Shown: positions 8,061-16,433, counted from the first letter of the stretch. The stretch: DNA of 32,000 nt from Propionibacterium ruminifibrarum (GCF_900289195.1 NZ_OMOH01000002.1:31206-63205), one strand, 5' to 3'. The notes: generated by a model not told the origin, from the letters alone. Numbers and translations are program-made.

Positions 8061-9427
8061 TTCCCAAGAAAGATTGTCGCGTCGCCCGCCTTGGCGGTCA
8101 GTTGACCGTTCTTCCACAGGCCCATCTGCTCCATCCACGCCTCGAATTCGGGCAGCGGACGGTAACCCGTGGCCTGACGCAGCGAGGCGATGTCGTGATA
8201 GCTCGTGGTCTGGTAGCTCAACATGGCGTCATCACCCATCGGGATGCCCATGATGTAGGAGCCGCCGGCGACCGCGAACAGGACCATCAGGTTCTCGATG
8301 TCGTTCTGGTCGGCCTTCGCGTGATTCGTGTAGCACACGTCACAACCCATCGAGATGCCCGTGAGTTTGCCCATGAAATGGTCCTCTAGCCCGGCCCTGG
8401 TGATCTGCACCGAGTCGTACAGGTACTCGGGTCCGATGAACCCGACGACCGTGTTCACCTGGTAGGGGTCGTAGCGCTTCGCCAGGGCGTAGTTGCGGGC
8501 CTCCATGGTCAGCTGATCGGCGCCGAAATTGGCGTCGGCGGACAGGGCGGATCCCTGCCCGGTCTCGAAGTACATGTAGTTGGGGCCGGGCGTCCAGCAG
8601 TACTTCTTGGCCAGCTCGTAGGCCTCGTCGAGCTGCTCGACGCTGGTTCCGAAACTCTCCATGGCCTTCTGTGAACCGGCGATCGACTGGAAGATCAAAC
8701 CGGCCGGGGCGCCGCGACGCAGGCATTCCATCTGCGTGGTGACATGGCCGAGGACGCAGTTCTGGGTGGGAATCTCCCAGTCGTCGATGACCTCCTTGGT
8801 CATCTCGAGCAGACGGGAGATGCTCCCCACCGAGTCGTCGGAGGGATTGATGCCGATGACGGAGTCACCGGAACCGAAGGAGAGACCGTCATAGACAGCC
8901 GCCCGAATTCCGTCGACGGAGTCGGTCGGATGATTGGGCTGCAGCCGTGATGCGATCGTGCCGCGCAGGCCCATCGTATTGTTGCAATGAGTCACGACCT
9001 CGATCTTCCGCGCCGCATAGATGAGGTCCATGTTCGACATCAGCTTGCAGACCGCGGCAACGATCTCACCGGTCATCGCATTGCTGATGCGACGGATCAT
9101 CGCGCCCGTGGTCTCATTCGAGAGAATCCACTCCCTGAACTCACTGACGGTCCAGTTCTTGATCTCCCCGAAAATCGTCTCGTTGACACCGTCGTCGATC
9201 GCGCGAGTGACCGAGTCCGCATCATAGGGGACGACCGGATTGTCCCGCAGGACACCGAGCGGGACCTGAGCCAGGACCTCCTTGGCCGCGACGCGTTCAG
9301 CGGCGGAACCGGCCGCGATACCGGCCTGCTCGTCGCCGGATTTCTTCTCATTGGCCTTGGCCAGCAACTCCTTGATCGAATTGAATTCATAAGTCTGACC
9401 GAATAATTTGGTTCGGAGCAGCATCAT
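8057..9427 (-). CDS. eutB: Ethanolamine ammonia-lyase large subunit EutB
   Basis: MMLLRTKLFGQTYEFNSIKELLAKANEKKSGD parallels the E. coli EutB N-terminus. AGGTGGTGGG lies directly upstream of the ATG at 9427. The longer 473-aa ORF start is rejected. Confidence 0.97.
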   Translation of the reverse strand: MMLLRTKLFGQTYEFNSIKELLAKANEKKSGDEQAGIAAGSAAERVAAKEVLAQVPLGVLRDNPVVPYDADSVTRAIDDGVNETIFGEIKNWTVSEFREWILSNETTGAMIRRISNAMTGEIVAAVCKLMSNMDLIYAARKIEVVTHCNNTMGLRGTIASRLQPNHPTDSVDGIRAAVYDGLSFGSGDSVIGINPSDDSVGSISRLLEMTKEVIDDWEIPTQNCVLGHVTTQMECLRRGAPAGLIFQSIAGSQKAMESFGTSVEQLDEAYELAKKYCWTPGPNYMYFETGQGSALSADANFGADQLTMEARNYALAKRYDPYQVNTVVGFIGPEYLYDSVQITRAGLEDHFMGKLTGISMGCDVCYTNHAKADQNDIENLMVLFAVAGGSYIMGIPMGDDAMLSYQTTSYHDIASLRQATGYRPLPEFEAWMEQMGLWKNGQLTAKAGDATIFLGK

Positions 9428-9464
9428 CCCACCACCTTGGCACTGACAAAACGAATTGTTTTCC

Positions 9465-10940
9465 TCATGACTTCTCATCCTGTTCGGTATAGAACACCAG
9501 TGTTTTCACGGATACCGGAACGACCCTGTCGTCGAACATCGGCTCACCGATGTCGATGAAATCCCCTTCGCTCAGGTCCACCTGGTCGACAACGATCACC
9601 GGCAGGTCCGGATCGCTGATGTTGATCGTCTGTCCGATGACCTGGGCGAAGTCGTGCTCGATCACCAGAACGAGGGGCAGCCCGGGTTTGATCAGCCTGG
9701 CCGCGAAGGCCGCGCACCCCTGCGCCACCGCGGTCATCTCGGCGTAGTCCAGGCCGGCCGGCAGGTCGAGGCTCACCGCCCACGGAATGTCGGGGTCCTG
9801 GCCGGACCAGCGGTGAACGGCCGCGGTCAGGGCGTTCTCGACCTGGGACGCATCGGCCAGCGAACTCACCGAGTCCGTCAGGTGCGGCTCGATGACCGGC
9901 AGGCTCCTCAACGGCAGGATGGTGCGGTCCGTCCAGATCGTGGAGCCGGACAGGGCCACGTGCTGACTGGCCGCGCCGAGCACCGTCGCGCGCAGGGTCT
10001 GCGCCGGTTCGCGCACCGGCAGCCGTTGCAGCCGCAGGTTCTCGCGCAGGGACTTCGCCAGCAGGGGGCCGACATCGCCGTACCGGGCGATGTCGGTGAG
10101 ACTCTCCGCGGGGTGATTGGCGTAGTAGAGACTGCCCACGCCGCCGGAGAGGAAGTACGCGGCGACGTGATCGGGAAGATCCATCGGGGGGCTCAGGGCC
10201 AGGCTGTTCCCCAGCGGCGTCGTGTCACCGGTCATGAGGTCGACGATGACCTCGGCCATCGTGTCGGTGAGTTTGCGCAACGAGTGGAGCGAGGGGCGAG
10301 ACCCCTCGACGAGATCGTCCAGGTGCAGGGCATCGGCGATGATCCGCCCCGATGGCGCCAGGTGGACGAGGACTCCGCTCTCGGGGTCGAGCAGCACCTG
10401 CCGACCGCCCACCATGGCGGCCGAGGAACTGACATGGTTCCCGGCCGAGAAGACCGCGGCGTTGGCCGAACCGCCGCCGATGTCCACGTTGACGACGGCG
10501 CAGTAGTGCGACGCCGACCAGTCGCAGGCGCCCGAGCCGCGCCCGGCGATCTGGGATTCGAGATTGGGGCCGGCGACGGTGACGACGAAGTCGCCGGCGA
10601 CATCGGCGAGACCGCGCAGAATCGCCTCGGAATTGTGCTTGCGGGCGGACTCACCGGTGATGATGACGGCACCGGTTTCGATCCGTTCGGGGGAAATTCC
10701 GGAGCGTGCTATCTCGGCGCGCACGAGCCCCAGAAGCGCGTCGACGTCGATCTCCTCAGGACTGTTGAGCGGGGTGATCACCGGTTCGCTCTGGTAGAGA
10801 ACCTCGCGGGCACCGACGTCGAGCCGCGGAATCGCACCCGCCCGGCCACGCCTGGTGATGGTCAAGCGGGACAGGACCACCTGCGTCGTCGTCGTGCCGA
10901 CATCGATACCGATGCTCACCAGGTCGTCAGGGTGCTGCAT
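9465..10940 (-). CDS. eutA: Ethanolamine ammonia-lyase reactivase EutA
   Basis: LVSIGIDVGTTTTQVVLSRL, AVIITGESARK, DFVVTVAGPNLESQIAGRGSGA and NVDIGGGSAN match the EutA actin-fold motifs. GAGGGGTGGGG precedes the ATG at 10940. The 61-codon upstream extension is Arg/Cys-rich and looks non-coding. Confidence 0.92.
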   Translation of the reverse strand: MQHPDDLVSIGIDVGTTTTQVVLSRLTITRRGRAGAIPRLDVGAREVLYQSEPVITPLNSPEEIDVDALLGLVRAEIARSGISPERIETGAVIITGESARKHNSEAILRGLADVAGDFVVTVAGPNLESQIAGRGSGACDWSASHYCAVVNVDIGGGSANAAVFSAGNHVSSSAAMVGGRQVLLDPESGVLVHLAPSGRIIADALHLDDLVEGSRPSLHSLRKLTDTMAEVIVDLMTGDTTPLGNSLALSPPMDLPDHVAAYFLSGGVGSLYYANHPAESLTDIARYGDVGPLLAKSLRENLRLQRLPVREPAQTLRATVLGAASQHVALSGSTIWTDRTILPLRSLPVIEPHLTDSVSSLADASQVENALTAAVHRWSGQDPDIPWAVSLDLPAGLDYAEMTAVAQGCAAFAARLIKPGLPLVLVIEHDFAQVIGQTINISDPDLPVIVVDQVDLSEGDFIDIGEPMFDDRVVPVSVKTLVFYTEQDEKS

Positions 10941-11510
10941 CGCCCCACCCCTCGAGAAGCCCGCGGCGGCCCGCCGCCGACCGGTGGAACGTGAGTTCGT
11001 GCACGGAAGAGGGAGTTCGTGACGGGTACGTGACCGGGACACCGCCATGCAGCGCCGACAGATGTCGCGACCCCCGGCATCGCAGGCCATCGGACGGCTT
11101 CGGCAGGGGCCGCCGCGCGTCACACGGAACCGGCTCTGCGAAGGAGCGAAGGAGCAGGTGGGAGACCGGCCCGGGGAGATTGTCCAGGGGTGTGCGAGCA
11201 GACCCCTGGGGTGATTCCACCCCGATTGTCGCGACTGCCTGACCGATTGCTCTGGCGATTCGCACTTGACCCCCTTTTTTACGAGGATGAAAGTGTGTTC
11301 AGCGGGCTATCGGAAATGGTCGTCTGTCAACAAATGTCGTCGCGCCCGAGTCTCTGGTTCACAAAAATTAATAACCTTCTCACTTGATTGAAGAAGCATA
11401 GCCGACAAGCCTCCCGAGGTCCAATCCGGGTCCCGGGACTTGGCCGACAGTGAAACCAAGAATTATTACCGGAGCAATGTCGCGATACCGAATACGTGAC
11501 TGGTTGTCAA
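10941..11510 (-). promoter_or_regulatory. eut module control region: an AT-rich promoter zone (about 11270-11510) followed by a GC-rich, highly structured leader of about 330 nt
   Basis: This is the lowest-GC stretch of the window. On the minus strand there are two perfect TTGACA hexamers (plus-strand tgtcaa at 11325-11330 and 11505-11510). Adjacent hairpins lie at 11184-11209 and 11208-11223. No transcription start or -10 element could be assigned with confidence. Confidence 0.4.
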
Positions 11511-11541
11511 GGTGGCCTCGCTGCTGTTCGGCGAGGCCACC
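11511..11541 (-). terminator. Hairpin 24 nt downstream of the pduP stop; candidate pdu operon terminator or attenuator
   Basis: ggtggcctcgc-(9 nt)-gcgaggccacc forms a perfect 11-bp stem. Only UU follows on the transcribed strand. Confidence 0.5.
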
Positions 11542-11564
11542 TCGGGAAAATCGACTGGCCGAGA

Positions 11565-12995
11565 TCAGCGCACCGACAGGCTGCCCTTGAGGACGCAGCG
11601 GCGACGACGCGCGAAATTACGCGCCGAGGTCAGGCCCTCACCGGTCGGACCTGCGATGGTGAAGGTCGGGTAGCCCTCACCGCCGATGCCGATGCCGTTG
11701 TAGGACGGGCCGTTCTTCACGTAGATCGTGGTCTGGATCTTCTTGCCCATCTTGGTCAGGGCCTTGACGTCGAGGGAGTGCATGATCGCGGTGTGCCGGT
11801 TGCCGTGTTCGGCCTCGACGGCCTTGTCGATGGCCTCGTCGACGTTCTTGACACGGACGATGCCGAGAATCGGCATCATGAGCTCGGTCTGGACGAAGGT
11901 GTGCTCGAAGGGCACCTCGGCGATGAGCAGGCGGGTGCTCTCGGGCACCTCCAGGCCGGCCTCGGCGGCGAGTACGCAGGCGGGCTTGCCCACCCACTTC
12001 GCGACGGCATGGCCGTCCTTGGCGACGAAGGATGCGAGCCTGGCGATGACAGCGGGGTCCTTGATCTCGACGGCGCCGTGCTTGAGCATCTCGAACTTGA
12101 GCAGATCAGTGATCGAGTCGACCGCGATGACCTCCTTCTCGGCCGTGCAGGGCAGGTTGTTGTCGAAGCTTGCTCCGTCGACGATGTCCTTGGCGGCCTG
12201 CGGGATGTCGGCGGTGGCGTCGACGACGGCCGGGGGGTTGCCGGCACCCGCGCCAATGGCCTTCTTGCCGCTGGACAGGACCGATTTCACGATGCCGGGG
12301 CCGCCGGTGGCGACGAGCATGCGCACCTTCGGGTGGGCCATCATGGCGTTGGTGTTGTCGATCGAGGGCTTCTCGACGGTGGTGATGAGGTTGGCCGGGG
12401 CACCGACCTCGCCCAGGGCCTTGTTGATCCTGCGGATCAACCAGTGGGTGAGCCTGGTGGCACGCGGGTGGGGGCTGAACACCACGGCGTTGCCGGCGGC
12501 CAGCATGCCGATCGAGTTGTTGATGATCGTCTCGGACGGGTTGGTGGTCGGGGTGATCGCACCGATGACGCCGAAGGGCGAGAACTCGATGGTGGTCAGG
12601 CCGTCGTCGCCGCTCCAGGCCTCTGTGATGATGTCCTCGACGCCGGGGGTCTCCAGCGCCGCGTAGCGGTTCTTGAGGTACTTGTCGTGGGCGTTGCCCA
12701 TGCCGGTCTCCTCCACGGCGGCCTCGGCCATGTACGTCAGGGCCTCGTCGTCGGAGCAGACGTTGCGGATCGTCTGGATGTAGCACTTGCGGTCGCGCAT
12801 CGAGCAGTCCAGGTACTGGCGCCATGCCTTGTCGGCCGCCTCGACGGCGTCGTTCATGTCGGTGAAGATGCCGTCACCCGTGGCGCTGGGGGCAGCCGCG
12901 CCGCCCTGGGCGGTCAGCCCGCTCGCCTGCCGCGCCACGACCTCCTGCACGGTCTCACGAACGACCTTCGAGATGAGTTCGGGGCTGATGGTCAT
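11565..12995 (-). CDS. pduP: CoA-acylating propionaldehyde dehydrogenase PduP
   Basis: 476-aa ALDH. The N-terminal amphipathic helix ISPELISKVVRETVQEVVARQ plus a G/A/P linker matches the known PduP encapsulation-peptide architecture. The ATG overlaps the pduO stop (ATGA). Confidence 0.9.
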   Translation of the reverse strand: MTISPELISKVVRETVQEVVARQASGLTAQGGAAAPSATGDGIFTDMNDAVEAADKAWRQYLDCSMRDRKCYIQTIRNVCSDDEALTYMAEAAVEETGMGNAHDKYLKNRYAALETPGVEDIITEAWSGDDGLTTIEFSPFGVIGAITPTTNPSETIINNSIGMLAAGNAVVFSPHPRATRLTHWLIRRINKALGEVGAPANLITTVEKPSIDNTNAMMAHPKVRMLVATGGPGIVKSVLSSGKKAIGAGAGNPPAVVDATADIPQAAKDIVDGASFDNNLPCTAEKEVIAVDSITDLLKFEMLKHGAVEIKDPAVIARLASFVAKDGHAVAKWVGKPACVLAAEAGLEVPESTRLLIAEVPFEHTFVQTELMMPILGIVRVKNVDEAIDKAVEAEHGNRHTAIMHSLDVKALTKMGKKIQTTIYVKNGPSYNGIGIGGEGYPTFTIAGPTGEGLTSARNFARRRRCVLKGSLSVR

Positions 12996-14056
12996 GAGCG
13001 GCTCTCCTTCTGTGCTGTTGCCAATGCGTACGTGATGATCGACTCGTCCTGGTCGGGCGTGCCGCCGGAGACGCCGATGCCCCCGGCGAGCTCGCCGTCG
13101 ACGAAGACCGGGAGGCCTCCGCCGAAGACGACCACGCGGCCGTTGTTGAAGTTCTGGATGCCGGGAATCTCCCCGCCCGGGCCCGAGAGATCCTTGAGTT
13201 CGGCGGTGGGTCGCCCGAAGGCGGCCGCGGTGAACGCCTTGCTCTGGGCCGCCTCGATGCTCACGAGCAGCGATCCGGCCATGCGTTCCAGCAGCATCAG
13301 GTTGCCGCCCTGGTCGACCCCGGCGAAGACGCAGGGCACGCCGACCTCGGCGGCCTTCTGCTCGGCGGCCTCGGCCAAGAGCTTCAGCGTGGCCAGGTCG
13401 TAGCGGGGAAGGGCGCTGCCGCCCCGTGCGTCGGTGACCGTCGAGCCCTCCTCCGGTCCGTTCGGCGCTGCGGCGCCCGCGGGCGCCGCCAGGGTGCGCT
13501 CGACCGCCTCGCGCACCAGCTGTTCGACGTGGGCCAGGTCATGGCGGTGCTCGGCCAGGCGGGCCAGAGCGTAGAGCGCGTCGGACAGGCGGTTGAGGTA
13601 CTTGATGACATCCGGACGGATCTCCTCGTACTCGCCGGCGGTCAGTACGCGACGTTCCGCGCGGCGCACGACGGTGCGGGCCCGGTGGAGGATGCCCGAG
13701 ATCTGGTCACGGCCCGGCACGACGAAGTTGCGCTGGGGGCCGGTCACGGCCAGGCACTCGTCGATGAGGTGCTCGAGCTCGGTGACGTCGTCCGCGCCGA
13801 TCTTGTTGTCGAGGATCTCACGCCCTGCCGCGTCACTGGCCAGTTCGGCGGCCAGCGTGAACAGGCGCTGCTGGATGTGGTGCAGCGTGGCGCGGATCGT
13901 GGGATCGGTCATCGCGGCCTTGGCCTCGCCGATCGTGGAATTCGCCTCGTCGACGGTGCCGTAGGCCTCGACGAGCGGGGACTGCTTGGGGACGCGGGAG
14001 CCTCCGAACAGGCCGGTCATGCCCTTGTCACCGCTGCGGGTGTAGACGTTGGGCAT
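12992..14056 (-). CDS. pduO: Two-domain PduO: PduO-type ATP:cob(I)alamin adenosyltransferase plus a C-terminal GlcG/DUF336-like domain
   Basis: N-terminus MPNVYTRSGDKGMTGLFGGSRVPK is the PduO-type ATR signature. The C-terminal part (GGNLMLLERMAGS...AQSKAFTAAAFG...GGGLPVFVDGELAGGIGVSGG) is the heme-binding-type domain found in full-length PduO. Confidence 0.92.
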   Translation of the reverse strand: MPNVYTRSGDKGMTGLFGGSRVPKQSPLVEAYGTVDEANSTIGEAKAAMTDPTIRATLHHIQQRLFTLAAELASDAAGREILDNKIGADDVTELEHLIDECLAVTGPQRNFVVPGRDQISGILHRARTVVRRAERRVLTAGEYEEIRPDVIKYLNRLSDALYALARLAEHRHDLAHVEQLVREAVERTLAAPAGAAAPNGPEEGSTVTDARGGSALPRYDLATLKLLAEAAEQKAAEVGVPCVFAGVDQGGNLMLLERMAGSLLVSIEAAQSKAFTAAAFGRPTAELKDLSGPGGEIPGIQNFNNGRVVVFGGGLPVFVDGELAGGIGVSGGTPDQDESIITYALATAQKESRS

Positions 14057-14058
14057 GC

Positions 14059-14331
14059 TCAGACTCCCCCGAGTTCGACGGTGTCGACGATGCCGACGAT
14101 CGTGGAGTCGATCGGCGAGTCGGAGCGTGATGCCGCGAAACGCGCCGAGGAGCCCTTGGTGACGATGACCGTGGCGCCGATGCCGGCCCCGACTGTGTCG
14201 ACGGCGATCTCGGGGCGGCCAGTGGGCTTCTCCTCGGCGTCGAGAGGCTGGACCAGGAGCAGCTTGAACCCGACCAGTCGTTCATCCTTGCTGGTCGAGA
14301 CGACGGTGCCGCGTACCGTGGCGAGGAACAT
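14059..14331 (-). CDS. pduN: BMC-P pentameric vertex protein (PduN/EutN family); the only one in the window
   Basis: 90 aa starting at the internal ATG at 14331, with GGGAGG 12 nt upstream. The sequence MFLATVRGTVVSTSKDERLVGFKLLLVQPLD...VDTVGAGIGATVIV is typical of the EutN/CcmL fold. Confidence 0.9.
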   Translation of the reverse strand: MFLATVRGTVVSTSKDERLVGFKLLLVQPLDAEEKPTGRPEIAVDTVGAGIGATVIVTKGSSARFAASRSDSPIDSTIVGIVDTVELGGV

Positions 14332-14335
14332 GTCT

Positions 14336-15193
14336 TCAGGCCTCCCTGACGATCGTGATGGAACGCGCGCCGGCGATGTCGGCGGCCATGGCGGTGATCT
14401 TCGCCGTGGCCGGGACCCGGAGCACAGTGCCTTCGGGCAGACGCTGGACGACGCGCTGGCTGATGAGTTGCTGCTGCACCGCGACGGCACGGGCTGCCGG
14501 GGCGGGGGCCGGTGTGGGAGCGGACCCGGCCGGTGCGGCCGGGGCGGCGGCGGGGGCCGGGCAGGCGCCCAGCCTGCGCAGCAGCTCGTGGCGGCTCATC
14601 CGCAGAGCCGTGGTGATCGGGGAGATCCTCGCGTGATCGATCCGCTCGTAGGCGGCCAGGACGGTGCGGGCCAGGGCACCGGCCCGGGCGGTGCGCACGC
14701 CGAAGCCGCGGAGCGTGCACAGGTTGTCGCGCATCATCTGGGCATAGCCCTCGGGGATCGCGCCGAACCAGCGCTGCTTGTCGGGATCGTCGGGATCGCA
14801 GGCCGAGGACGAGACGACGACGGGTTTGCCGGCCAGCAGGTAGTCGTTCATGAGATTGCTTCCCAGGCAGTCCGCCACGCCATGCGCGGTCTTGGCCGCG
14901 ATGTTCTGGGTGAGGGTCGGCACGATGAGCATGTCGTGGCTCCCGGTCAGCTGCCTCGTGGCGACCGTCATACCCAGGGCGCCGATCAGGTCCTGGTCGA
15001 GGATGCGCTCTGCGCTCGGGGTCTGGACGAACTCGAGGTGGACGCCCTCGCCGATCAGCATGGCGAGTTCGGGAATGGTCTTCTCGAAGCCGATCAGTGC
15101 CCCGGTGAAGAGCACGAGGGCTCTACGGGGCGCCGGGGTCACCAGTTCGGCAAGGGTGCTGCGTATGACTGCGCGCACGTCGTCGGCATTCAT
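14336..15193 (-). CDS. pduM: PduM-like microcompartment protein, unusually long at 285 aa with an internal P/A-rich linker
   Basis: Sits between eutJ and pduN. The C-terminal ...LRVPATAKITAMAADIAGARSITIVREA aligns with the Salmonella PduM C-terminus (...CIVTAMARDAANARNIQLIKQE). MLIVPTLTQNIAAKTAHGVADCLGSNL aligns with the PduM ILLIDLPLLGQLADAETGNAAARKI region. Confidence 0.65.
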   Translation of the reverse strand: MNADDVRAVIRSTLAELVTPAPRRALVLFTGALIGFEKTIPELAMLIGEGVHLEFVQTPSAERILDQDLIGALGMTVATRQLTGSHDMLIVPTLTQNIAAKTAHGVADCLGSNLMNDYLLAGKPVVVSSSACDPDDPDKQRWFGAIPEGYAQMMRDNLCTLRGFGVRTARAGALARTVLAAYERIDHARISPITTALRMSRHELLRRLGACPAPAAAPAAPAGSAPTPAPAPAARAVAVQQQLISQRVVQRLPEGTVLRVPATAKITAMAADIAGARSITIVREA

Positions 15194-16044
15194 CAGTGAG
15201 TCTCCTTTGCCGTCATCGGGATGCCCAGCGGGGTCACGAACAGGGGTTCGGCCGGACGCAGGACCGGGCGCCCGAGACGCGCGGCGAACACATCGGGGGC
15301 GTTGGGGAAGGAACTGGAACCGCCCACCAGGTAGACGATGGGCACGTCGACGCCCTTCAGGGAACGCTCGGCGATCGAGGCCATCTTGTCGAGGGTGGGC
15401 CGGATGATGCCCACCACGTCATCGCGGCGGGCCGGGTCCTTCTTCATGGCCTCGGCCTCCTCGTAGGGCACCTGGTAGGCGCCCGACAGGACGAGCGTCA
15501 TGTGATGCCCGCCCGTGGCCTCGTCGACGGACAGCTTCACCCGGCCCTTCTCCAGGACGGAAACGCCCGTGGTGCCGTGACCGATGTCGATCACGCAGCC
15601 GTCGGCGATGCCGAGGGCACGGGCTGCGGCGACGGGCTCGTCGACGACCTCGGCGACGTCCAGGTCCGAGGCGACCACGACGTTCTCGAAGACCTTGACG
15701 TCGCCGGCCGCGATGCCCGGCGGGATCGACACGGAGGCCTTGTCGAAGTGGTGGCCCAGACGCTCCTGCACGTCGTTGGTGAGTGCGCGCACCGCGCTGG
15801 TGGCGCCGGCCCAGTCGACGACGACTCCGTCGCGGACGACCGTCGAGTGCACCCATCCCCCGGCGACGGGCCGATCGTCGGCGTCGACCACAGACACGAC
15901 GATGTTGGCGGTGCCGAGGTCGATGCCGAGCCGCAGCTCGCCCTCGTACTCCTCGACATCGCCGGTGCGCACGAGATCGGCGAATCGATGGATCATCCGC
16001 TCTCGCTCGGACAGTGCCGTCGTGTCTGTGGTCATGTGCCTCAC
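15193..16044 (-). CDS. eutJ: EutJ-like actin/Hsp70-fold ATPase
   Basis: LRLGIDLGTANIVVSVVD, VDEPVAAARALGI, VIDIGHGTTGVSV, DEATGGHHMT and VYLVGGSSSFP are ASKHA-fold phosphate/adenosine motifs with EutJ length (283 aa). The stop overlaps the pduM start (TGATG). Confidence 0.85.
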   Translation of the reverse strand: MRHMTTDTTALSERERMIHRFADLVRTGDVEEYEGELRLGIDLGTANIVVSVVDADDRPVAGGWVHSTVVRDGVVVDWAGATSAVRALTNDVQERLGHHFDKASVSIPPGIAAGDVKVFENVVVASDLDVAEVVDEPVAAARALGIADGCVIDIGHGTTGVSVLEKGRVKLSVDEATGGHHMTLVLSGAYQVPYEEAEAMKKDPARRDDVVGIIRPTLDKMASIAERSLKGVDVPIVYLVGGSSSFPNAPDVFAARLGRPVLRPAEPLFVTPLGIPMTAKETH

Positions 16045-16136
16045 CTGATCCGTTGGACGTCGTCGCAGCCGTGTACGGTCATCGTGGCGTGCGGAACGTC
16101 CGACCGCTGCGGCTGCTCGTTCACTCTCATGCCGCC

Positions 16137-16415
16137 TCAGGCCTTGGACGGCAGCAGCTTCTCCACGTCGTTGTGCGGGCGCGGGATCACGTGGCGGGAG
16201 AGGACCTCCTCGCCCACGTTCGTCGCTGCGGTGTACCCGGCGTCGACGGCGGCCTTGACCGCGCCGACGTCGCCTCGCACCATCACGGTCACCAGTCCGG
16301 CGCCGACCTTCTGGTAGCCGATCAGCGTCACATTGGCGGCCTTCGTCATGGCATCGGCGGCCTCGACGGCTCCGATGTAACCCTTGGTCTCGATGAGACC
16401 GAGTGCTTCACCCAT
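16137..16415 (-). CDS. pduJ: BMC-H hexamer shell protein, PduJ/PduA-like
   Basis: 92 aa: [60 protein letters not shown]...VIPRPH. GAGGAGGG lies upstream. Confidence 0.9.
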   Translation of the reverse strand: MGEALGLIETKGYIGAVEAADAMTKAANVTLIGYQKVGAGLVTVMVRGDVGAVKAAVDAGYTAATNVGEEVLSRHVIPRPHNDVEKLLPSKA

Positions 16416-16433
16416 GGTTCTTCCCTCCTCTGG

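Noticed and set aside
4533-8105. A 1190-aa ORF on the plus strand. Similar giant ORFs occur at 11496-13403, 13529-15199, 17541-19256 and 20273-22357.
   Set aside because: Each lies antisense to genes with unmistakable family signatures (eutE/L/C, pduP/O, pduG, pduC). Their translations are Arg/Gly/Asp/His/Val-rich low-information sequence with no recognisable motifs. Long stop-free antisense frames are an expected by-product of high GC3 codon usage.
10941-11123. N-terminal ORF extensions of eutA. Equivalent extensions exist for eutB (to 9478), eutC (to 8138), pduN (to 14490), pduD (to 20598), pduA (to 23411), pduU (from 23427), pduV (from 24035), the LacI gene (from 28691) and the lyase (from 29861).
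   Set aside because: The extensions are Arg/Pro/Cys/Ser-rich and unlike the protein families. In each case an internal ATG or GTG has a good SD motif or an ATGA/TGATG overlap with the upstream stop, and it matches the N-terminus of known homologues.
11161-11171. A plus-strand B12-box-like GGAGACCGGCC, read as evidence for a complete cobalamin riboswitch
   Set aside because: I could not find the 5' core (GGGAA...GGUG.GAAUCC...CCCGC.ACUGU) in the right order on that strand. No plus-strand gene lies downstream. An 11-mer of this composition can occur by chance in GC-rich DNA. It is kept only as a pointer for a covariance-model scan.
10941-11300. ANTAR/EutV-type dual hexaloop antiterminator targets upstream of eutA
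   Set aside because: No eutV/eutW genes are present. The hairpins seen have 4-nt and 10-nt loops rather than paired hexaloops with the A/G pattern, and no U-tract terminator overlaps them.
11190-11387. A 65-aa plus-strand ORF inside the eut control region
   Set aside because: It has no SD motif and crosses from GC-rich to AT-rich sequence with non-coding-like composition. It also lies opposite to all neighbouring transcription.
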